Below, piece after piece: positions 11,037 to 24,888 of a DNA stretch of 64,000 nucleotides; the stretch's first letter is position 1; each line of letters begins with the position of its first letter. The notes under the pieces were generated by a model. The model made no database searches and was not told where the DNA came from. It worked only from the letters and a program-made list of their open reading frames with translations. The translations under genes and the position numbers were made by a program. The DNA lies in the NCBI GenBank assembly GCA_046563655.1, contig CM102285.1:8184001-8248000 (forward strand). Reading direction: 5' to 3'. The DNA is from Yuukianura sp. NJ FZ-2021. Lineage: Eukaryota.

Positions 11037-11353
11037 ATGATAGGGCAAAAACTCTCCAGAATCCGAATTTACAGACAGCTTAACACTAGCTCCCTCGTAA
11101 TAACCCCTACCAACTAAAACTTTGTAAAAGGTATCAAATTCTTGAAACCAAACATTAATATTAGTCAACTCTACTTGACATCGCAAATTTTTTACAATGA
11201 TTGCTTTGGTCAAAATTTCGTCTTTAATACGATCTAAAAGTTCAGATTCGCTAATTGCCAAAACTGTACATAACCTATTTTGCCACTTGAACTGTGGAAC
11301 GTCATACTTGATGAGGTCTTGCGCAGTTTTCCCAATTAAAGCGGAATCGGGCT
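10947..11353 (-). CDS. Small hypothetical protein with Cys/His-rich C-terminus, convergent with previous ORF
   Basis: Open frame extends upstream of the listed ORF to an acceptor-like TTTTTTTAG near 11353; ends FCNGNSQEHCSVPYC. Confidence 0.35.
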
Positions 11354-11817
11354 AAAAAAATTCAATTTTTTCAACTTTGGAATTTTAACAATGTAGTGTT
11401 TCAACTTACGCAACAGTGCCGTTTACGGAAAACTTTGTATTTTTCCCTGGGGGTTTTGATTAACCCGGGCGGTATATACGCAATAGAAGTGGCGCATTTT
11501 GGTAAGATTACATTTATTTCGTTTAAGGTAGTTTTCGGAACCGGAAGTGGTAGGGCACCCATTTCATAATTATCGGCTGAAGCGTCCCAGTCTTCATCGA
11601 TCTATTTTTAAATTTAGTTTTGCGTAAAAATTTTTAATACTTTTTGAAAATTTTTGCGAATCTTTTACATGTTTGTCTAATTTTGAACGAGTGAATTTAC
11701 TAAGACCATCATTCCATTCAGCAGCAGCCTAAAACAAATTTATTAACTATACTTCAACTCATTTTACTTTATTTTGTAGCGAGACCAGTACCGCGATAAG
11801 GAAAAAATTTCCAAGCT

Positions 11818-12147
11818 ATGTCAAATCGGCCGGCGGAACCTAACCTTTCTTCTGATTCGGAAACCAACAGTGAGCCAGAAAGTGAAAATAAGGAGAATGA
11901 CATTGAGCAAGGACGAGCCAACTTGACCTTTCCCCAATACAGCCCAATATCATCGTCCGGGAGTCCGGAAGTGGTGACCCCTGTCTCGAGTCCCCTAAAA
12001 TCCCTCAACAACATCTCCCTGGTCCCGTTGCCACCATGCTATTCGGAGGAGTTGTATTGTCCCGAGTTCCCAGAAATGTACTTAGGATCTTTCATGGGAC
12101 ACTGCTACACTGACAAGGCTCCCAATAGTTTTTACAATAGCTTTTAA
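11818..12147 (+). CDS. Ser/Glu/Pro-rich hypothetical protein (109 aa)
   Basis: ATG-initiated ORF, AATAAA at ~12309; no recognisable domain. Confidence 0.35.
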   Translation: MSNRPAEPNLSSDSETNSEPESENKENDIEQGRANLTFPQYSPISSSGSPEVVTPVSSPLKSLNNISLVPLPPCYSEELYCPEFPEMYLGSFMGHCYTDKAPNSFYNSF

Positions 12148-12689
12148 GTTTTGTGAGACTTGACTAATTTTGTGACTAGTTTTAAATTGTTTTTCATTCA
12201 TTTTAAAATGCTAAAGTTTGAAAAGTTTTATGCCATTTTTGATTACTTGCTAGTCATAAGAAGTCACTTTTCCTTTTCCCCTTGTATCTTTAGTATTAGA
12301 TTTCATTGAATAAATACACACATTTGTACTGCAAAACTGCTGACGTTTGAAAAACAAAATCATTTTTGCGAAAAGGAACGTGAGAAGGAAGCAATTTCAA
12401 AGGGCCAGTATTTTATGGCCATTTTCATTATTTTAAAGATAGTCAACTAGGAGCCTTGCTTAAATTTCAGTCCATTTTCAAAATAGCTTTTGAGTGTTTC
12501 GGACAGTTCTTTCAAATCAGTCTAACAATGGGTAAGTTTAAAAGTCATCCAATTTTCTCGATTTTTAAAACCTATACAATTAAAAATTGATAATTTAGAA
12601 TGTCAAAAAGTTCAAAACTGCTTCGACTGTGTCAATACGGCCTGTTCTTGGTGGGTAAATGTCGGAGGTCAAAAGTCTTAAACGCCGCC

Positions 12690-13148
12690 TTGACCCCATT
12701 TCAAATTACATTCAAGTACTCTGAAAAAGAATCCTTGTTGACTTATACGCGTGAATCTACGCACAATTACATTACACGCCTCTCCCCCTTATTGGACCAA
12801 ATATTTGGACTTCCCCCTGGAACTGCATTTCATGATCACACCCAAACACAACCAGCAAAAGCAGAGATTGACCTTGGGGTCACATCACAGCACATGCTTG
12901 TTACTTGCGATCTCGCCTCCTATTCCCAAGTTGGCCAGCTTTCACTTCCCTTGATTGGATTGTTTAAGCAAGAGGGAAAGGAGGGAACTCCTGTCCATCT
13001 GGTTATCAACAACCCCCGCTACTTTCCAGTAAAAAGGGAGCAACTGATTGATTCTACCCGCATTCAGCCTTTGGACGAGTACCAGGCACCTCTCTCTGAA
13101 GGTCAAGGGCCAACCCTACTCGCTCTCCATGTCCGAAGCAACCCCTAG
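12690..13148 (+). pseudogene. Polinton minor capsid (penton) protein, C-terminal fragment
   Basis: MLVTCDLASYSQVGQLSLPLIG...NPRYFPV...IQPLDEYQ...TLLALHVR matches the vxCDxvxxqxvG..pll..P.Y.Pv..D..LH.r pattern of Polinton pentons. Confidence 0.75.
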
Positions 13149-13192
13149 GTATTACGACGTTGACCCCTCCCGACCACGTCTTCCCGAGTTGT

Positions 13193-14902
13193 TCATCGAG
13201 GACTAACGACTTTTAATGTACCAGTTAAATGGTCATGATCGCGACATCTCTCAGTAAACTTGTCAAATCTATGACCACATATGTGGCAGTGCGTAGCATT
13301 ACTGTAGGCCATTTCTTCTGCCTGTGTCATCCTGAAAGGTACGTTGATGTCGTAGATTTCCATAATAATTTTGCCAATTTCCAAGCACTCTTCTAGAAAT
13401 ACCTCAATCGCATCGTTTCCTCTATAAACACGAAACGTCACTAGTTCTTGATGTGAGTTCACTAAGGCATATGAAAACCCAGAAGGTACGTGCCGTTTTT
13501 CTTTCACAGTACTTGAGTAGTCATGCTGCGGCGGCATGTCAGCATACATAACGTAGCCAGCTTTCATTTGGTTGGCAAAATTTTCAAATGAAATTTCTTT
13601 TCGGTCTTCTGGCATTTTAACTTTTTGAGCCGCAAATTTCTCACAGCCTACGCGATGTAAATTCAGCAAACAACGACGATCACAAGCTGAGTTTCTGCAT
13701 GTGCTTGGACACATTTTTATTCTCTGAAGGCAATTAAAGCACAAAGCACGTTTTCTGCAGTTCTGTTTCCCTAAGAGTCTGTCTATGTCACGAATTGCAA
13801 CAAAATGCAATGCATTTGTTTTTTTGTTGGTCAAAAGTAGCAAATTTGCAGTGCGGGCATCTGTATAATTAAACTCAGATATTTGCAAAGGATACAAACC
13901 TTGGAGACTATCATGCCCAAACACATTCACAGCAACGCCGTTAGTAAGTTCAAATTGGCGAATTGCCCGGAGTGAAACTGGGAAGGATACCGTAGTGAAG
14001 TCATAAAGACTTTCTAGCTCCAGATAGGAATTCGGCCTTGAAGCTTATTTTTTGTTGGAGATTTTGTGTACCGACGCCAGAAAAGCCCATTTGAAGCAAA
14101 AATTTCCTTTGGTTTTGATGTTGATGGTTGCTCTTTTACGTTGCAAGTACTTTGGCAAATTTCGCCAGGATCCTCCCGTCAAAGCATTAAACTTTGCAAT
14201 TCGTATGTCAGATCCATAAACTTTTCCAAATTGCCACCCGGAACCGTATGTTTCGAAGATGCTTATGGAATGTTCAATCTTTGTGAGACACATTTGCAAA
14301 AACCGGCTAAGGCTGTGGTGATTGTTGAGTATGACAATCATGTTCGAGTTCACCATTTTCTGCTGATATTCATACACATCATTGCCGTCTATTGATTTGA
14401 AGAGAAAGCGTTGAAATTGAACTTTCACAGAAATTTGGCTCTTGACACAATTGAAGGTCCTCAAGCACTCATTAATAATGTGATGTATCTGATCGCTCAA
14501 CTTATAAAAGTACATATTCAAGTTTTCAATTGGTTTTTTTTTGCAATTGTGACAATATGTTCTGATGTATCCTTTGAAAGCTTGAATTTTTTGGAATGGG
14601 TGAATATCCAACTTTCGTCTTTGAGTCATTGAGCCACCACTTTGAATTCTCCTGGTTAAAATCCTTGCAGCACTTTTATGAATTAGCTTGGAATGCTTAG
14701 TAGCTCTATGCCTTTCCAGGTCCAAGTGTCGGTGAAAAGATTTTGAGCAAACTAAGCGCTTGTTAATAGGCTTTCGAGGTCTGCTAAGGCGCCTCGCATT
14801 GAATCGCCGGCATTTTGACAAATGCACCAAAAAATGTTGCTTGTTAGTTGAAACTTTCAGACAGAGTTCGCACCTCAGCGTGGAAAGTTGGATATCTTCC
14901 AT
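13193..14902 (-). pseudogene. Second pPolB (N-terminal half, with HNH/endonuclease VII insert), one in-frame stop at 14045-14047, truncated after the HNH
   Basis: N-terminal C2H2 fingers; YGSGW..GGSW..LP..ATINIK..CFKWA; YVMYAD (ExoI); CHICG..RCRDHDHLTG; ORFs 14045..14902 and 13193..13930 are in the same frame. Confidence 0.88.
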
Positions 14903-15567
14903 TTTCTAAAAACAAAAAAGACAAAATAAATTCCAAACGGAAATGCTCGGAACCTTTTTCATTCCTATTTCCACCGTCCGATGGCGTCGGCAGGGAGACA
15001 GTATTTAAATTGCCACGACCATTGCCATTTTAAAAAATAAAACAATCAATGTTAGCTGTAATGTTCAAGGACTAATAATATTTCCTTCGTAAAAATTTTA
15101 ACTGAATGAATTAATAGAATGCTTACAAACAGGTTATGAGGAGCCTTTACGTTCCTTAAAGGGTGTAAGTCCTTTTTGTCCCTTAAAGAGTGTAAGTCCT
15201 TTTTGTGTTTAATGATGGGAGGTTTTAGTGACGATAAGTAGAATTAAATTCTAATACGTGCAAAGTGTAAAGCTTAAGAGATAAAATGCAAAATTGCAAT
15301 TTCAAAGTTTTAGTTTTAGAGAAATCAGCAAAATTGCAACTTCAGAAATCCAACTTAAGAGAAATTAGCAAAATTGCAACTTCAGAATTTTCAAAAATTG
15401 CATTTTCCCATGAAGCGAAGCCCTAACTTTTGATTTTCACACGATTCAGATTGTTTCAAAACCGATAAATTTTGATTCAGTCGAGTACTATCAGTGATAC
15501 AGTCAACAACTACCAAACAACACTTACCAAACAACCAAAAGCCTTGTGTCAGAGTTGCAGTTACAAG

Positions 15568-17180
15568 ATGAGTTACAAGCTACGGAAAGATAATCAAAAG
15601 GATTTTTAACTTAGCTTGTTTTTTGTTGATGATTTCTAATTCTATTATTTGAAATGATTTCTAATTATATTTGATAAAATGTGTTTTTAGTTTCGACATT
15701 TGACGAAGAAGAAGAAGGCGAACCGGAAATTGTGGATTTGGATGAAACGTCGTTTCAAAATGGGTAGAAGGCTGATGCGGCCTTTGCATCGGCTTCCAGG
15801 AAAAACCCCATAAGTAGGAGCCAGCAATTTAAAGAAGCCGTCAAGGAAAAAATGTCGGCAGCCGCTGCAGGAGTTGAGGTAAGTTGTCTAAGAAAAAGTT
15901 TTTTGAAAGAGTTTTAAATGTAAAATGTAACTATTGGTTCATCAGTTCTGTCAATTGTTATTAGCATTACTTTATCCCATTATTAGGATTCGGATCCTGA
16001 GTTTGTTGTGGGTGAGGACGAAGGAGAAGGCGAAGAAGAGTCGGAGGAAGACGAAGTAGATGACGAAAACGAGGACGAGGAAGAAGGCGAGGAAGATCCG
16101 GAAGCATCCGAAGATGAGTTAGTTTCTGCGCTTAAAAAACGCAATTCTAAGGAACTGGCAATTCGCCAAATTGGAAAAGAGCCCGAATTTCTAAAGGTAA
16201 TTTTTGTTCAAAGTATACCTACTAAATGCTCTTCATAATATTTAAGTTTATCGCCAAGCTCGTTTCTTGCAGCGAACTGCTGATGAAACGAAAGCAGGTT
16301 CCGGAGTTGGTCTGAAGTCAAAAGCAGAACCTTCTGTCAGAGCCAAACCAGGTCAGCGACCGAAAACCCCGTCAAGCGTTGTAAAGAAGTCGCGAAGTCT
16401 CACTGATGTGAACAAAAGAGGGAAGGAAAAGGTGAATCAAAACAAGCTTGTAATAAATGGTTGTGCAATGATTTGTGGCGTAAAATTTGTTTACTTTTGA
16501 TATCCAGATTACCTACGGGGTTCAGAAACCAAAGCTCAAACGGCAAAATGTGATGCCGTTACCTGACCTTCCAGTCGGTGTAAAAAGCATGCTCCCTCCG
16601 AAAAAAGCTCATGGTAGAAAGGTAAATTTAGCTACAATCTAACCTAAATACTTCTGGGATTTTATGTTAGCTTTCTTGAGTGTAAATCTTTGATTTTGTA
16701 TACGATATAGAACGCTCCAAGAGCATTGCAGAAACGGAAGACAGAAATTTATACTGACTCGGACGCATCGTCTTCCTATGAACCACATAAAAAGAAAGGA
16801 CGAAAGCGAACGGGATTAGAGTACGAAGAGGACGGAGACGAGGATGATGAAGACGTAAGATACATATAACTCCTATAATTTGCACTTAGTTGCGACAGGG
16901 CTAATGACAGTTTTAATTTCTCAATTAGGACTTGGTTCTTGACTTGGCTCCAGCCGATCATAACACCAAGGGAAAGCAAATTCGGAGCGGATCCGTGCAC
17001 ATTGGACTCGACGTCCATGTCAAGTGGCACAAGTTTCGCGGGGCACACTATGTGATGATACGACACATGGTGAACGGTGTCGTAGATGGGAGAAGAGGCA
17101 TAAACATCAACATGCAGTATCTTCCGAACCTCAAGAGGGCCATCGACAAAGCGCATGAGTGCTACATGGAGGCACAGTGA
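15568..17180 (+). CDS. Multi-exon (~7 exons) acidic/basic protein with C-terminal PC4/Sub1-like ssDNA-binding domain; possibly degraded
   Basis: Last exon HIGLDVHVKWHKFRGAHYVMIRH..DGRRGININ..LPNLK..ID resembles the PC4 core (IG..V.V..FKG...IDIR..GRKGISL); donors at ~15879, 16197, 16432, 16622, 16855; E/D-rich exon 16008-16196; AATAAA ~17214. Confidence 0.7.
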
Positions 17181-17782
17181 ACACAAATTATTATTTGTTT
17201 CAAATAATTTTTCAATAAAATACATTGTGCTTCACCTTAACTTGATTTTTCATTATTGTCAATTTTTAAAAAAGTGAATATTTGCTTTAATATAACACTT
17301 CTTGGTAGTTAAGAAGTTGCAATTTTATTTCATTTGAGAATTTTTTGTTTTAGATTTTTTTGAAGATTGTTCATTGTTTGTTGTATTCACATTTTTTGCC
17401 AAAATTCATTTCATTTCTTCATCATTTTTCTTGTCCCGTTTACGGTCTCTTGCAAATCGTCGCCTATGACGTCTGCGATTAATTACGTCATCTGGTTTTA
17501 TCTGCCAAATGAAAACAAATCTAATTCAGTCAAAGTCGGTAATATGAACCTAATCTTTTGTGTTATGAACGCATCAAACGGAGTTCTTACAACTTCATGT
17601 TGCGTGATGACCCAATTTTGGGCTCCCTGTGCTGATTTCCCCGTGCCCATCCGGCGATAAATGGTATTGAATTTCTACGAATGAACGAAAATAAAGTTAC
17701 TAAAAGCAAATAGTTTACATATGGAATACGAATAGCAAATGGTTTCATCTACGTTACTTAGCCTCATAAACACCCTAACTTC

Positions 17783-19500
17783 ATGACACTTTATTCTACC
17801 GGATGTTTACTGCAAGGCTACACAAATGATGAAGAAAAACGATTCTTTGCTGACGGGATTCTACACTGGGGATTCCGGTATACTGAAACCCATGGAGCCT
17901 CTGGCAAAGACCTAATCCGAAAAATTTGTGAGGTAAGAGGCTATTTACATTAACCAAACTGCATCTGAGGTGGGTCTATGATAACTGTTTATAAACTGAC
18001 AGTGGTTAATTTTCTGCCCACGGCTGCGGGAGGTCCGCATTGCCCAACGACGCAATGTTCCAATTCGATGGGAGTCGTTCATGACCGGCCGAGTATTTTG
18101 GCATATTCAAGACGACCTGACGTCTCTTAACAGCCGCTTTCTAGGAAATGTCAATAGAAAGGCACCACCTCAGAACTACTTTGAGATGTTTTCTGCTTGC
18201 CGTACCATGATCCGCGGCCTAGGAATTCTTTATGTAAGTAATGTAACGTGATTACCCTGAACAGAAATGTAGAGTGGTTAGAAACCTAACGAATACATTA
18301 ATGATGTTATGATTTGTGCAGCACTTAGTGGACGGAATTGAGAGACGTATGCAGGAGGAGTTTCCAGTCTCCAACACACCGTTACAACTGTCCAACGAGA
18401 AGATGGCATCCGCCAGCGGATTTTTACGAAAGTTGGCGGGGATCATCCGAGATCGTCTTTAAATCCAAACGTAATCCCTGATTGTGAACAAGACATCTAC
18501 AACCTGGTGTCAATCTGCCCCGTATTACGAAAAGGTCAAGTGATGAGTAAGAATTTCTCCATCATGTTAGTACAGATAACTGGCCATTGTGATCAATGTA
18601 AGTTGAACACTGGACTGGAATGAAACCATTACAAAGTTTTCCGTTGGATCAGGTTCTGGGACACATCGGCCAACCAAATGCGATCCCTGGACACCCTAGA
18701 TGAGACTCATGAAGAGATGGACCAAGAAGGATTTACCTACTATCGCTGCGACTTTTTAGCGGGCCAAAACAGCACACCAGAGATCTTAGCTGTTCCTCAC
18801 TTTTTGGACTCACTGCCTTCTTATCTAAAGTGCAGTCCGATCCATGACCCTAGTCGTTGGTTCTGTGGGTTCTGCGAAGCGGAAAATCACGCGAAAAAAA
18901 TCACGTCATTTTCCTGCAATTGCCAACGATCAACCTCCCAACACTTTTGATGGCACGGAAGTGTGGAGGGAACACGTTCGACATCATCTGTCGGTTCCGA
19001 GAGTTGTACAAGCTTGTCCGTGTGACCGAGTTTCGGGGTGGGGCGTGGAGAAGGGCATCGCCATGTTTGTGTAGCGACCTGCTTATGCGGAACACCGTGC
19101 ACTACTGTAAGTTTAAATGAATGCTTCGATCCTGCGGAAAATCTAAACTAATCCATCATTGAATACTAGGTGGAAGAGCGGATCGAACATAGTTATAAAC
19201 GACTGGAACGGAAGACCAAAACCCGAGGGTGATGGTATGACTCGATTTGCAAGCGTAAGTTCCGAAGTGAAGCTGACCTGTACAGTCATCTTGCCTCCGA
19301 TTGCGCTGTTTGCTACCGGTGTGATGAGGCGTTCGATTTGGAGAAAGAAAGTCGAATACAACATTTAGATCGCTGCTTCGCGTGCAGTTTTTGCGGAATG
19401 GCCCACGGCTCACAAACCGAGATGAATCAGTGCCCCATTAATTGTTTGAGACGTACATTCTATTTGGAGGTTACATTTAATTGCACGCAATACTTTTGTG
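17783..19500 (+). pseudogene. Fragmented, intron-bearing Cys-rich ORFs of unknown function
   Basis: Short ORFs with CGFC..H, CNC and CFACSFC..H clusters; GTAAG-type donors at ~17932, 18234 and 19107. Confidence 0.3.
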
Positions 19501-20069
19501 TTAAAGTTGCGTCGCGGTTCGGTGAGGGTTCTAAGTAGACGGTGGTGGGTTCGTAGATTACACAATGATAACAATTTTAATAAAGAAAAAATTTTAATTC
19601 TACTTTACCTTGTGCCGTGATATCACCTTTGAGCTGGGTAGAAAGTCAATCCGGTTCGAAGACCATTATGTGACCTCTCGTCCTGGGTGAACCAAAGCTC
19701 AGGCCGCATACGTCGCCGCGTAACAGACGGACTACTGGCTGCTTGACCTCTGTGCCCAGGTCCGAACACCACCGAGGTGGCGCAGGTCCTGGGTGCCAGC
19801 TCTACGGATCATGGCTGCTGAATATGGCTCAATGCCATCACAAAGGAAACAGTAAACGAAGGCAACGTGTGGCTACTCTCTTTTATTGCTTGTAGAATCT
19901 TCCTACTCCAGTAACTGGACGTCACCGTGACAGGCGCTGGGAAGAGGAGCTATCTCGAGGACAACTCGTCCTCAACCGAGCGCTCTCTACTCACTGACTG
20001 ACCATCGAGATATGACTGAGAACCTAGCCTCATCCCGAGTGCCGTCACACACCTCTGCTTGGAGACGAA

Positions 20070-21258
20070 GTGAGGAATCCCGCCCGGCGGGGTTACTCAC
20101 AGCCCCTGATCAAGATTCTAGTAGATCCGAATGGACCACAACTCCCAAACATTCACAATTTGGACTTTCCACTCCAGCGCTGGACGAATTTAGTCGACCT
20201 AGCCGACAAATGCTTCCCATTAAATGCACTAACTTGGACCTTTGGGCTCGACCAACATTCTTGGGAAATACACGTCCTTTTGTTACAAATGTCTACAACA
20301 CTTCAGACGGTATCATTAGATTTTACGTTCGCTCGTTCATTTTTCTCCAACTACCTTTCTCCACCCTGCTCTAATTTTGCAGTTTTTCTTCAGCTTAGGA
20401 ACCTCCAGTCCTTGACGCTTATCTCTTTTTCTGAATCGTTACAATTCCTCTCCCAACTTCCCCAGCTCCGCAACTTGCGACTTATGAAGGTTCAAGATTT
20501 AGGCTCCTTACTTCCCGAATGCCCCTACGACAGTTTAACACCATATCTGTCACTAGTCTTCTTTACGATAGATCAATTTGATCCAAGTTTCGCTATAAAC
20601 ACTACAACTTATGAGAACTTATCTATTTCCCAATGTGACGAGGCTAGATATTAAGTTTCTCTCAAACCGAACCTTGTCCTGTATTTTTGACACACTTACG
20701 AAACTTACGAAGTTAATCGCCATGGACGGCACCTACACGGACGTGGGAATTACGGGACACGTAAGGTTTTGGACGTCAGAGGAACACAAATTAAATACCA
20801 TCTACTCCGAAGACCCCTCTAAGTTATTCCGACAGCACTATTTCCAAGGTGACTTGAAAGCTTTAACCACACTTTCCTGGGGTTCCAAATTTTTGACGGA
20901 CGAAGCAATAATGTGGGGAATCAGCACCTGCACTACCATTACTAGTTTAACTATTATGGGCTACGGTTTTTCGGATTTGGGTCTTCTACACCTTTCGAGC
21001 ACCCTACCTCTGTCATTCTTCCAAACAATTTCCTGCGGACAACTAACACTGGATACGGCTCAGGAAATACGAAAGCAACTGCCGCATGCAACTGTAGAGC
21101 TTAACCACATTCCTCCTGCCTTACATAGCGTGGACATTTATAGGCTGGCTATGATACATACTACAACCAGACCTTTAAAGCGTCCTATACCCACCTCCAT
21201 CAGTTTTGAGGAAATAACTAGAAAGGAGTTTCGCACTTTAGACTCCTTAGAAGACTAG
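20070..21258 (+). pseudogene. Intronless leucine-rich-repeat protein (FBXL/AMN1-like repeats), frameshifted ~20620-20650
   Basis: LRNLQSLTL..LSQLPQLRNLRL; YTDVGI; LTDEAI..CTTITSLTI..FSDLGL..CGQLT. Confidence 0.6.
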
Positions 21259-22485
21259 GTATTTACATCTTGAATTTCCATTCAATAGTACTTTATCAGT
21301 TAGTTATGCTCTTACTTATTATTATTTTTCTTAACTTAAAACAATGACAATATAACTTTCCTCCAGTCGATGTATTTCTCGCATTAGGGTATTTTTTTGG
21401 GATTCACTAATTATGTATAACAAACCACGTTTTTACTTCCAGTATGAAAACATCATGTTCTATTTTATACATTTCACCATTCAGGAATACATTTCGAATA
21501 ATTAGTAAATTAATTCTTCTTTTTACCATAAAGGATGGCAGACAACTCACAACAGTCAATTCATTCCACTTATACACACAGTGGGGTCGATTCATACGAA
21601 CCAGGAAAAACGTTTCGGGAAGCCTCATTAATTGTTGAAAAATACACAATCATGGACGCATAACAGTTACAGGGTTAAGGTGGAAAGCACCAGAAACTTG
21701 TTCTCTTCTCTGTTTCAGGCGCATTTTTTTTGCGATACTATAATGGTTCAGGTTTTCGTTTCTCCCAATTACGTGTCAGGGACACGCAAGTCTCAATTTA
21801 TTTTCTATTTAACAACGCAAGTAGTTTAATATTCAGTGGATCACTCTGCAGCTTCTTGCCGCTTTCCAGTTTACTCCATGCGGTTGCAGATACCACAAAT
21901 TGTTTTTTCTTCTGTTTCTCATTTCACCTCGAATGGACTTTGGTCAGTTTTTGTTTGGATTTTTTTTTGGGTAGTAGGAGAAGTTCTCGAGTGGATTAGA
22001 GCAGAAACGAACTACTCTCATATCAAGCCTTTGCGTCATTCTCACGACCACAAATGAACATGTCAAATTCCGGCTTCTCAATCTCTTGTGAAACAGGCTT
22101 AAAAGGAATTCAATGGAGTATTTGGTCATGGTGCACGCCGTGTCTCTCACATTGCACATAATTGACCAAACGATTACTTAACCTATCTTTTGATTCACTC
22201 CTATTCGGGTCAGCATGTTGTTTCCGTTCAAGTAGGACAACTACTTTCCCTTTGTTAGATATTGGTCACAATGAGAGGTCAGTGCCAGCGCTACTATCAG
22301 AACTATTCCTACTATCTAACCGTTTAATTTATCCATTCATCCATTCCTCCTATTCCGACTTTAACTCCGCCTCCAACCCAATTTACACCTGTTGGTTTGC
22401 GGAAACCTACCCTCATACTTTCCTTGCAACATTCGGTTATCCACACTTCGAGTTTAATTAAAGCCACTTGTAATTTCAATAAGGA

Positions 22486-23512
22486 ATGACAGCACAGTTT
22501 CCCGTTCTTTGGACGTCCGATATTCCTCATAACCAATGGGATCGATCAAGGGATGTGACAGATGCCTTAGAAGCCGTAGGAGCTGGACGGGTTGGATATC
22601 GCCCTATTGACCAACGATGCCCAACAACGGTCCAGTTGAGCTCTACGATCACTCTGCAGCCACTCAAACTTATGGAATTTTTCACATGGTTTCTCCATCA
22701 TTCGACCATAACTAGTTCTTGGAGAAGTTTTGGCGAGTCTTCAACTTCGTAATCACTTTATGGAAGAACTCGGACCACCTACATTTAAATTCGGGAGACT
22801 AATTGCCATTCCACCTACTCTACTCTCCCAACTCGAACCACTAATAGACAATCCAGCTTTGTTACACATTGGCTTTAAGAAATTTGCTTGTTACCAGTCA
22901 GCCCTTGTAATTACACACAATCAGTTGGCTAGAGTTAGCTGCTCACGTATCGCACTACCCGAACGGGTTAACCAGGTTTGGATAGATCTGCAAGCGCAGG
23001 TTGGATGCTCCTTTCTTTCACTCCCTACTCGTTCTTTCTTGTATAACCTATTTACGGATACCATGTATGCCCAACACGAGGGAGGGCCTCTACAACTCAA
23101 TATGCGAAATGTAAGGCCGGACAGCTTAGCATTTAAAGCGTTTTACAGCCAACAATTTAAAGACATTTATGAATATTTCTATCTCCTTGAACATACCAAA
23201 CAGTTTGCATTCCTCTTACCTGTTCAAAAATGGAGGTTTTGCCATGAAATTATAGCCTATCATCCCCTTATTCGCGAGTATAGGAGATTCAAACACCAAC
23301 CTACAGCATTCGATGATTATACGGGTTGGTGTACACCACTTCAGGGACAAGGGATCACACCTACGCGTTTCCTGTTCCAACAAATCCTATGTTTGCCACA
23401 GCTGATCGCTTCTATACTTGTCATCCGATCTGTACTACAACACGGTTTGGAAAATATATTGAAGAACACGGGGCAGGTTGCTCGCAAGCTCATGGTGTTG
23501 TACACAATTTAG
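22486..23512 (+). pseudogene. Intronless hypothetical protein (overlapping ORFs of 88 and 260 aa)
   Basis: Long ORF in the same compositional style as the neighbouring LRR/MMP block; no recognised domain. Confidence 0.35.
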
Positions 23513-24113
23513 ATAACATTGACAATTATTAGTAAGTACTCAGGTCCTCCTGCTGGTTCAAGCCAGAAATGGTTAAAGTAACTTTCGGTGCCGCTTTCTC
23601 TTGACAATACGATTTCCACCAATCAATCCAAGAACTTAGAGAAACCCCGGGTGCTGGTGTTAGACCAGCGAGTCTGACAATTGTTCGAAACTGGGAAGTT
23701 AGATTTCAGTTTTATTATCAGAATGTGGAATAGAGTTTCAAGGCTATAGAGATGTCCTATCTAGATTAGGTGATTTCTATTTAGATGATTAGGGGGAGGT
23801 TTCAACTGGCGACCGTGACAGGATTGGTTGTCATGGAAGTCGCTTATTGTCTTCAGAATTTGTTTTTGGAACAATAGGGATTTAGTCAAGTAGAAGGTAG
23901 AAGGGGTCATGGACACCTCTATGCATGTAGTAGAAGGTATGGTGAGAGAAAGGTACCACATTGGTTCTGACCGGTGGACTGTTTTGTTGGGACAATAGGA
24001 GATGTTGTAGTAGGCGTCTAGATTATTTTTTTTTTATTATTTTTCTTTCGGGAACGATAAGTTAGGTTAGATTTCTTCTAGGTAGGTTAATTAATTTTAA
24101 GGACTTTTAGTTA

Positions 24114-24870
24114 CTAGACAATTGACCCTCCATGGGCTAGGATAGGCCAATGGAGTAAGACTCTAAGTGAAACACAGAACTTGAGTTCCGTGTCCGGAAA
24201 GGATTGGATTGTATTATTCCTTGTGAAAAAGACCAGTCGGGTCAATGAGTTGACCTTAGCAAACGGTGAAATCATGACCGGGCTATAGCTGTGGCTTTGC
24301 CCTATAGCTGCTCTTTCGTCGGGTGACAATCAGAAAACTTGTTGAGGGTGGAGTCATGACCTCGCGAGAGACAGGGTAGTATGTAGGAACAAGAATTGGG
24401 AGTAGTCACTTAGAGATATCACGATGGATCCGAAGGAGCGTGGACCCGCCTTAACTGGGCGGTCCATCATAGTTAGGGTGTTTATGTGGAGTTTAGGGAT
24501 GTTCCTTCAGTAAGATGGCTAAGGTAGTAGAGGGCCCAATAGACTACCGAAGAATGTTAAGGCATTTTGTTTACATTTTTGTAAAAGCTGTGAGAGCTTA
24601 TAGAGCTGTGAAAGCTCAACAGAAATTCACAATCCATGCCATCTGAACGGGCCAGTAGCCTAAGGCTCGTTGTCAATTTTGTCTTGAAGTATACCCCATG
24701 CCTCCGGAAGAGGGCATAAGAGATTCTAAAATTTTGGGATTGTGAAAGGAACTGGTCCGACCCAAAAACTAAAGCCACATCAGAGGGGTGATTGACCCGA
24801 AGATTGATGGGTCACCTACCTTATACAACTTGGACGTTAAGGTTAGGAAACTGGAATTGTTGAAATTCCT
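24114..24870 (-). pseudogene. Possible degraded LRR protein, head-to-head with the MMP
   Basis: FAKVNSLTRLVFFTRNNTIQSFPDTELKFCVSLRVL resembles an extracellular-type LRR; frames broken. Confidence 0.3.
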
Positions 24871-24888
24871 TTTATTTATCTTCCTAGA

